Origin: Desulfosoma sp.
GTDB taxonomy: Bacteria; Desulfobacterota; Syntrophobacteria; Syntrophobacterales; DSM-9756
Length of the DNA: 64,000 nt
Reading direction: 5' to 3'
Assembly: GCA_037481835.1 (NCBI GenBank)
Contig: JBBFKW010000010.1
Coordinates: 64,001-128,000 of the forward strand
A program made the position numbers and the translations under genes. Below, piece by piece: positions 54,075 to 64,000 of this stretch; position 1 is the stretch's first letter; every line of letters begins with the position of its first letter. The notes under the pieces are model-generated. The model was not told the DNA's origin. It made no database searches and saw nothing but the letters and a program-made list of their open reading frames with translations.

Positions 54075-56162
54075 CTAAGCCTTTTCGGCCTTTTCGGCCT
54101 TGGCGGCTTCGATGATCTTTTCCTGAAGCTGGGCCGGCACTTCTTCGTAATGGGAAAACTTCATAGTGAACATGCCGCGGCCGGCGGTCATGGAGCGCAG
54201 ATCCGGCGCGTATTTGAGCACTTCCGCAAGGGGAACCTGGGCGCGAACGATCTGTTTGTTGCCCTGGCTGTCCATCCCCAGGACCTTACCCCGCCGGGAA
54301 TTGAGATCCCCGATGACGTCGCCCAGGCAGTCGTCCGGGATGATCACTTCCAGATGGACGATGGGTTCCAACAAGGTGGGCTTGGCCTCCGCCACGGCTT
54401 TCTTGAAGGCCATGGAACCGGCGATCTTGAAAGCCATTTCCGAGGAGTCCACGGCGTGGTAGGAGCCATCCACCAAGTCGACCTTAAAGTCGATCACCGG
54501 ATAGCCGGCCACCACCCCTTCCTGAGCGGCCTCCACAATGCCTTTTTCCACCGCGGGGATGTACTGCCTGGGAATGACACCGCCCACGATCTTGTCCACG
54601 AACTGGAAGCCTTCCCCCCGGGGCAGGGGTTCCATCTCGATCCAGCAGTCCCCGTACTGGCCCCGCCCTCCCGTCTGCTTCTTGTACTTGCCCTGGACCC
54701 GTGCCTTGCCCTTGATGGTTTCCTTGTAGGGCACTTTGGGCAGGCGCAGGTTCACTTCCACACCGAACTTGCGTTTCAGCTTGTCGATGGTCGCCTCGAT
54801 GTGGATTTCGCCCATGCCCGAGAGGATCATTTCCTTGGTCTCGTCGTTGCGTTCCAGCTTGAGGGCCAGGTCCTCTTCCATGAGGCGGGCCAAGGAACTG
54901 AAAATCTTGTCCTCGTCGCCTTTGCTCTTGGGTTCGATGGCCAAGGAATAGACGGCGGCGGGCAGTTCGGGGAAGGGAAAGACGACGGCGTTCTTTTCGT
55001 CGCAGAGCGTGTCCCCGGTGGTGGTTTCCTTAAGCTTGGCCACGGCCACGATATCGCCGGGGCCCGCTTCCTGGAGGCTTTCCTGGGCCTTTCCTTTGAT
55101 GCGCAGCAGTTGCCCGTAGCGCTCCTTGGACTTCTTCGTGCTGTTGAACACGGTGGCATCGGGCTTCATGGTCCCTGAAAAGATGCGCACCACGGAAAGC
55201 CGGCCGGCATAAGGATCGCTGATGGTCTTGATCACCAGTCCCGAATAGGGCGCGGCCGGGTCGGGTTCCCTTTCCACGGAATTTTGCCCATCCAAGGACG
55301 TCCCCTTCTTGGGACCGCGATCCAGAGGCGACGGGAAGCACTCGACGATGATGTCCAAGACTTGGGCCACGCCCACGTTGGCCGTGCCGGAACCGCACGT
55401 GATGGGGATGAGGCGCCCGGCGATCACGGCACTGCGCAAGCCTCCCGTTATCTCGTCCTGGGTGAGCTCCTGGCCTTCCAGGTATTTTTCCAAGAGCGCA
55501 TCGTTGGCTTCGCACACATTTTCCACAAGCATTTCTTTATATTGAGCCGCCAGGTCCAGCACTTCCGCGGGCGCGTCCTTCACGTCGAATTTGCCCGTTT
55601 CTCCATGGGTGTAGAAAAAGGCCTTGCCCGTGAGGACATCGACGACACCTTGAAAATTCTCGGCACTGCCGATGGGTACCGTCAAGGGCACGCACCGGGT
55701 TCCCAGCTGGTGGCGGATGTTGTCCACGGTCTTCACGAAGTCGGCCCGTTCGCGGTCCATCTTGCTGATGAAAACCATGCGCGCCAGGCCCAATTCCTCG
55801 GCGAATTCCCACACCTTTTCCGTCTGCACCTTGACGCCGTCGATGGCATCCACGACAACCAGTGCCGCATCCGCCCCCTGGAGCGAACTCTTGGTTTCGG
55901 CGATGAAATTGAAATCGCCCGGCGTGTCGATCACGGTGCAGGAATGCTTTTTCCAGGGGAAGGTGTTGAAGGCCGTGCTGATGGTGATCTTGCGGCTGAC
56001 TTCCTCGGGTTCGAAATCCATGACGGACGTGCTTTCGTCCACCTTGCCCAGGCGCGTCGTCGCGCCGGCGGTAAAGAGCATGGCCTCCGCCAAAGACGTC
56101 TTTCCCGCGCCTCCGTGGGAAATGATGGCAAACGTTCGGACCTTGCCTACCGATTCACTCAT
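54075..56162 (-). CDS. fusA: Elongation factor G paralogue (EF-G2-type)
   Basis: Full EF-G length; P-loop 'SHGGAGKT' instead of canonical AHIDAGKT; 'RKITI', 'DTPG', 'SKMD', 'KQTGGRGQYG', 'GSYHAVDSS'. Confidence 0.92.
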   Translation of the reverse strand: MSESVGKVRTFAIISHGGAGKTSLAEAMLFTAGATTRLGKVDESTSVMDFEPEEVSRKITISTAFNTFPWKKHSCTVIDTPGDFNFIAETKSSLQGADAALVVVDAIDGVKVQTEKVWEFAEELGLARMVFISKMDRERADFVKTVDNIRHQLGTRCVPLTVPIGSAENFQGVVDVLTGKAFFYTHGETGKFDVKDAPAEVLDLAAQYKEMLVENVCEANDALLEKYLEGQELTQDEITGGLRSAVIAGRLIPITCGSGTANVGVAQVLDIIVECFPSPLDRGPKKGTSLDGQNSVEREPDPAAPYSGLVIKTISDPYAGRLSVVRIFSGTMKPDATVFNSTKKSKERYGQLLRIKGKAQESLQEAGPGDIVAVAKLKETTTGDTLCDEKNAVVFPFPELPAAVYSLAIEPKSKGDEDKIFSSLARLMEEDLALKLERNDETKEMILSGMGEIHIEATIDKLKRKFGVEVNLRLPKVPYKETIKGKARVQGKYKKQTGGRGQYGDCWIEMEPLPRGEGFQFVDKIVGGVIPRQYIPAVEKGIVEAAQEGVVAGYPVIDFKVDLVDGSYHAVDSSEMAFKIAGSMAFKKAVAEAKPTLLEPIVHLEVIIPDDCLGDVIGDLNSRRGKVLGMDSQGNKQIVRAQVPLAEVLKYAPDLRSMTAGRGMFTMKFSHYEEVPAQLQEKIIEAAKAEKAEKA

Positions 56163-56507
56163 GCGTCGTTCCTTTCTGCGCCTGCGCCCCGTGCCCTACG
56201 GGGCAGATCCTTCGATCATCCCCGAAAACCGAAAAGACGGCGAAAAACCGATCTAATCCAATCCCTTACGGGGGCTTCGGAAAAAAGGATCGGTCCCGCC
56301 GCGGACTTTACGAGGAAAAGCACAAGTGACGTTCTTAGATGAAGGGCACGAGAAAAGTCAAGAACAATCCCGACTTGGCTCGTATGGGAAGCGTCCTGGA
56401 ATTTTCTCTATCGCCGCAAGAAAAGACTTCCTCTCGGAGCGCTTTTCTGATTTTTTATAGCTTTTCAAAACGCCGTCACGTTCGGGAGAAAAGGTCGGAG
56501 ATTTTCC

Positions 56508-57491
56508 ATGCCCAAAGAGGCTTCATCGCTGCTCCATCAGGTTTTTCAGGAGTTAGAGGGGCCCGCCGTGGATGCCCTCAAGGACTTCCTCGATTTCCTC
56601 CGGTCCCAGCGGGCGTTGAGTCCGGCTACGGTCAGGAGTTACGGGGCCGACCTGGCCCAGTGGTTTCTTTTCCTGAAGGATCTCCTGGGCCGATCGCGCC
56701 TGGAAATGGACGACCTCTCGGAAACCTCCCTGCGCCGTTTCGTCTTCCACAGGCATCCGCGCCTGGCCAAGAGCAGCCAGGCGCGCGCCTTGGCGACCTA
56801 TCGATCCTTTTTCCGGTTCCTTATGGAAAGGCACGGCCTGGAGCGGAATCCGGCCCGATCTTTGCGGTCCCCCAAGGCGAGCGTCACGGTGCCCGCCTTT
56901 TTGGACGTGGATGATATGACGGCCTTCCTGGACGCCCTGCAAAGAAACGCCCAAGGCCCATCGGCCCCGTGGATCGCCGTGCGCGACTGGGCTCTTTTCG
57001 AAACCCTTTATTCCACGGGGCTGCGGGTCGGAGAATTGGTTCGGCTGAATCACGGGCATATCGACATGCACGAGGGCATGGTGCGCACCGTGGGCAAAGG
57101 CGCCAAGGAACGAATCGTTCCCATCGGATCCAAGGCCCTGGACGCGATCCGCTCCTACCTTGCCGCCTTCAGGAACCAATGGCAGGGCCCCTACGACCAG
57201 GACGCCCTGTTCTTGAACGCCCGGGGTGGGCGCCTGTCCGATCGCTCCGTGCGGCGCCTCCTGACGGAAAGGCTTCGGGATGCGGGGCAATGGCGGCCGC
57301 TCAGCCCCCACGGCATCCGCCACAGTTTCGCCACACACCTTCTGGGTTCGGGAGCCGATCTTCGAAGCATCCAGGAAATGCTGGGCCACGCCGGCCTTTC
57401 CACAACCCAGCGATACACAAAGGTCGATTTGGACCGGCTCATGAGCGTCTATGACGCCGCCCATCCCAGAAGCCGAAAAGAAAGCCCCTAA
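56508..57491 (+). CDS. xerC: Tyrosine recombinase XerC
   Basis: '[11 protein letters not shown]', 'GKGAKER', '[12 protein letters not shown]', 'LGH', 'TTQRYT'; upstream of hslVU. Confidence 0.9.
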   Translation: MPKEASSLLHQVFQELEGPAVDALKDFLDFLRSQRALSPATVRSYGADLAQWFLFLKDLLGRSRLEMDDLSETSLRRFVFHRHPRLAKSSQARALATYRSFFRFLMERHGLERNPARSLRSPKASVTVPAFLDVDDMTAFLDALQRNAQGPSAPWIAVRDWALFETLYSTGLRVGELVRLNHGHIDMHEGMVRTVGKGAKERIVPIGSKALDAIRSYLAAFRNQWQGPYDQDALFLNARGGRLSDRSVRRLLTERLRDAGQWRPLSPHGIRHSFATHLLGSGADLRSIQEMLGHAGLSTTQRYTKVDLDRLMSVYDAAHPRSRKESP

Positions 57492-57508
57492 CTCCCTGTC
57501 GAGAAAGG

Positions 57509-58078
57509 ATGCTCATGCCTTCCGCGCACTTTCCAAAGAGCCGATCCGCCGTCATTCACGGCACCACGATTTTGGCCATCCACAGAGAGCACCAGGTGGT
57601 CATGGCCGGAGACGGCCAGGTGACCTTCGGCGATACGGTGATGAAACAGCAGGCCCGTAAAGTCCGCAAGATGTACCACGATAGGATTCTCGCCGGTTTT
57701 GCCGGTGCCACCGCGGACGCCTTCACCCTGTTCGAAAGGCTGGAGGCGAAGCTGGAACAGTACAGCGGCAATTTGAAAAGAGCCGCCGTGGAACTGGCCA
57801 AGGACTGGCGCATGGATCGGGCCTTAAGGCGCCTGGAAGCCTTGCTCATCGCCGCGGACCGCAGCCAATGCTTGATCCTGAGCGGCACCGGGGATGTCAT
57901 CGAACCGGACGACGGCCTGGCCGCCGTGGGCTCGGGAGGGCCTTACGCCTTGGCCGCCGCCCGGGCCCTGCTCGCCCACACGGGCCTGCCGCTGCGCGCG
58001 GTGGCCGAAGAGGCCATGAAAATCGCCGCCCAACTGTGCATCTATACCAACGAGGCTTTCACCATCGAGGAGCTGTGA
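57509..58078 (+). CDS. hslV: ATP-dependent protease peptidase subunit HslV
   Basis: 'GTTILA', 'GDGQVT', 'GFAGATADA', 'LAKDWRMD', 'GSGG', 'CIYTN'. Confidence 0.96.
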   Translation: MLMPSAHFPKSRSAVIHGTTILAIHREHQVVMAGDGQVTFGDTVMKQQARKVRKMYHDRILAGFAGATADAFTLFERLEAKLEQYSGNLKRAAVELAKDWRMDRALRRLEALLIAADRSQCLILSGTGDVIEPDDGLAAVGSGGPYALAAARALLAHTGLPLRAVAEEAMKIAAQLCIYTNEAFTIEEL

Positions 58079-58082
58079 CGCC

Positions 58083-61592
<3,510 letters not shown>

Positions 61593-61596
<4 letters not shown>

Positions 61597-62507
61597 AGAG
61601 AGACTTCCTCACCCTGTGGGATGTGAGCGCCGAAGAGATTCATACTCTTATCGAAAATGGCATTCGTCTCAAAAAGGACTGGGCCGCCGGGCGCCTTAAA
61701 CCCGTGCTGCAGCAAAAGACCCTGGGTCTCCTCTTTACCAAGCCGTCCACGAGAACTCGGGTGTCTTTCGAAGGGGCCATGCATCGGCTGGGAGGAAGCT
61801 GTACCTTCCTGAGCGTCCAGGACACGCAGCTGTCTCGAGCGGAACCCCTTTCGGATACGGCCCGGGTGCTCTCACGCTATCTCGACGCCCTGGTCGTGAG
61901 AACCTACGATCACAGCGATGTCGTGACCTTGGCCCGTTACGCCACCATCCCCGTCATCAACGGCTTGACGGACCTCTATCACCCATGCCAGGTGCTGAGT
62001 GACCTCATGACCGTGAAGGAAAAGAAAAACCGCCTTGAAAGCCAGGTGGTGGCCTGGATCGGAGACGGCAACAACATGGCGCATTCCTGGATCAACGCGT
62101 CGGCGCGGCTGGGCTTTCGCCTGAACATTTCGTGCCCGGAAGGCTATTGGCCGTCGGCACACATCCTGGAACGCGCCCGCCGGGAAGGGATCGCCGATAT
62201 CGGGCTCTACGAGGACCCGGCCGAAGCGGTCAAAGACGCCACCGTGATCAACACGGACGTCTGGGCCAGCATGGGACAGGAACATGAAGCGGAAAAGCGC
62301 CGAAGCGTCTTTCGACCGTTCCAGGTGAACGCCGAGCTGCTCGCCAAGGCCCCGACGGACGCCATCGTAATGCATTGCCTGCCGGCGCACCGAGGTGAAG
62401 AAATCACGGAGGAGGTCCTGGAAGGGCCGCGCTCCGTCGTTTTCGACCAGGCGGAAAACCGCCTGCACGCCCAGGCCGCCTTGCTCCATTGGCTCTTGGT
62501 TCCGTAG
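61593..62507 (+). CDS. argF: Ornithine carbamoyltransferase
   Basis: 'STRTRVSF', 'HPCQ', 'WASMG', 'HCLP', 'QAENR'. Confidence 0.97.
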
Positions 62508-62633
62508 TATCTCTTGTCAAAATGCGGGGGCTTCCGTTATGTAGGACCTTTCTGAACGATTTTTCCAAAGCGCCTTGGGCAGAAAACGCGACCGCACAGC
62601 CGCCCCGGCGCCAGTAAGGAGAGACGAGCGATC

Positions 62634-63842
62634 ATGGGCACAAGAAAAGTGGTTTTGGCCTATTCCGGGGGATTGGACACATCCATCATTCTCAAGTGGC
62701 TCATCGAAACCTACGGCTGCGACGTGGTGGCTTTCGCCGCCGACCTGGGCCAGGGCGACGATCTCCACGCCATCGAACAGAAGGCCCTCAACACCGGAGC
62801 CGTCAAAGCCCGCGTGGAAGACCTTCGGGAAGAATTCGTCCGGGATTTCGTCTTTCCCGCGTTCCGGGCCAATGTCATCTACGAAGGCCAGTACCTCCTG
62901 GGGACCGCCATCGCCAGGCCGCTCATTGCCAAACGGCAGGTGGAAATCGCCCGAGAAGAAGGGGCTGATGCGGTCAGCCACGGGGCGACGGGCAAAGGCA
63001 ACGACCAGGTGCGCTTTGAACTCACCTACACCGCCTTGGCTCCAGACCTCAAGGTCATCGCTCCGTGGCGAGAGTGGAACCTCAAATCCCGCCAAGCCCT
63101 CTTGGAATTCGCCCGAAAGCACGGCATCCCCGTGCCGGTGACTCCGGAGAAGCCCTACAGCTGCGACGCCAATCTGCTCCACATCAGTTACGAGGGAGGG
63201 ATCCTGGAAGATCCGTGGCGGGAACCGGACCCGTCCATGTTCACGCTCACGGTGGACCCTCGGGAAGCTCCCGATGAGCCCGAAGTCCTGGAGCTGGATT
63301 TTGTTCGAGGCGATCCCGTGGCGATCAACGGCGAGCCCATGACACCGGCCGCGCTGCTTAATACCCTCAACCGCATCGGCGGTCGCCACGGGGTGGGGCG
63401 GGCCGACGTCGTGGAAAGCCGGTTTGTGGGAATGAAATCGCGAGGAGTCTACGAAACGCCGGGGGGCACCATTTTGAGGATCGCCCACAGGGCGATGGAA
63501 TCCATCACCATGGACCGGGAAGTCATGTTCCTGCGCGACTCCCTTATCCCTCAGTACGCCAAGCTCATCTACAACGGGTTCTGGTACGCCCCGGAACGAC
63601 TCGCCCTCCAAAGCCTCATCGACACATCCCAAGAAAACGTCTCCGGAACCGTGCGCCTGAAACTCTACAAGGGCAGCTGCACGGTCATCGGCAGGAAATC
63701 GGACCGGTCCCTTTACGATCCCCAACTGGCCACCTTTGAAGAAGAAGATGTGTACCGTCAAAGCGACGCCACGGGCTTCATCCGGCTCCAAGGGCTTCGC
63801 CTGCGCGTCCAAAACCTGGTGAGAAGCCGCACACAAGGATGA
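62634..63842 (+). CDS. argG: Argininosuccinate synthase
   Basis: '[10 protein letters not shown]', '[14 protein letters not shown]', '[10 protein letters not shown]'. Confidence 0.97.
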   Translation: MGTRKVVLAYSGGLDTSIILKWLIETYGCDVVAFAADLGQGDDLHAIEQKALNTGAVKARVEDLREEFVRDFVFPAFRANVIYEGQYLLGTAIARPLIAKRQVEIAREEGADAVSHGATGKGNDQVRFELTYTALAPDLKVIAPWREWNLKSRQALLEFARKHGIPVPVTPEKPYSCDANLLHISYEGGILEDPWREPDPSMFTLTVDPREAPDEPEVLELDFVRGDPVAINGEPMTPAALLNTLNRIGGRHGVGRADVVESRFVGMKSRGVYETPGGTILRIAHRAMESITMDREVMFLRDSLIPQYAKLIYNGFWYAPERLALQSLIDTSQENVSGTVRLKLYKGSCTVIGRKSDRSLYDPQLATFEEEDVYRQSDATGFIRLQGLRLRVQNLVRSRTQG

Positions 63843-63846
63843 AGGC

Positions 63847-64000
63847 ATGTCTGAGAAGATGTGGCAAGGCCGATTCGAACAGCCCACCGACAGCTTGGTG
63901 GAAGACTACACGGGATCCATCCACGTCGACCGGCGCCTTTACCGGTACGACATTCAGGGAAGCATCGCCCATTGCCGCATGCTGGGCGAATGCGGCATCA
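63847..64000 (+). CDS. argH: Argininosuccinate lyase, 5' part (runs off window)
   Basis: Translated by hand: [46 protein letters not shown]; follows argG. Confidence 0.92.
   Translation, partial: MSEKMWQGRFEQPTDSLVEDYTGSIHVDRRLYRYDIQGSIAHCRMLGECGI

Noticed and set aside
56508..57491. Phage or island integrase
   Set aside because: Sits in the housekeeping xerC-hslVU-arg order, with no att/tRNA or cargo genes.

Overview
GC-rich bacterial chromosome segment from a sulfate-reducing Desulfobacterota member. Gene content and order (dissimilatory-type sat, xerC-hslVU-argBDFGH, MCP-hemerythrin, HdrA-type proteins) suggest a Syntrophobacterales-like organism; this is an inference. Layout: (1) 1-9441, a tightly coupled redox operon hdrA-like / fwdB-like / fwdA-like / fwdG-like / hdrC-like / double-module hdrA-like, followed by glpX. 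Both Fwd-like large subunits appear to have lost their catalytic ligands while keeping Fe-S motifs; this is the most unusual element. (2) 9.5-20 kb, a signalling block: REC-PAS kinase, EamA, HDOD-PAS-HK-REC-PilZ kinase, a ZraSR-like pair and a frameshifted Rrf2. (3) 20-30 kb, sat plus a small partner gene, VKOR-thioredoxin, MBL hydrolase, an RRM protein with a candidate pseudoknotted leader, aminotransferase, GlcD-like oxidoreductase and an SBP. (4) 31-38.7 kb, MCP-hemerythrin and an SBP plus a frameshifted hybrid kinase. (5) 38.7-64 kb, housekeeping genes: aroC, clpS-clpA-aat, lysC, cobO, efp-epmA, MEMO-like, TPR, mog, EF-G paralogue, xerC-hslVU, argBDFGH. Intergenic DNA carries two GTAG-type REP families, including a 65-bp tandem array and a MITE-like nested element. 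I recognised no tRNA, rRNA, CRISPR array, transposase or prophage. All calls are by-eye motif recognition; no searches were run.
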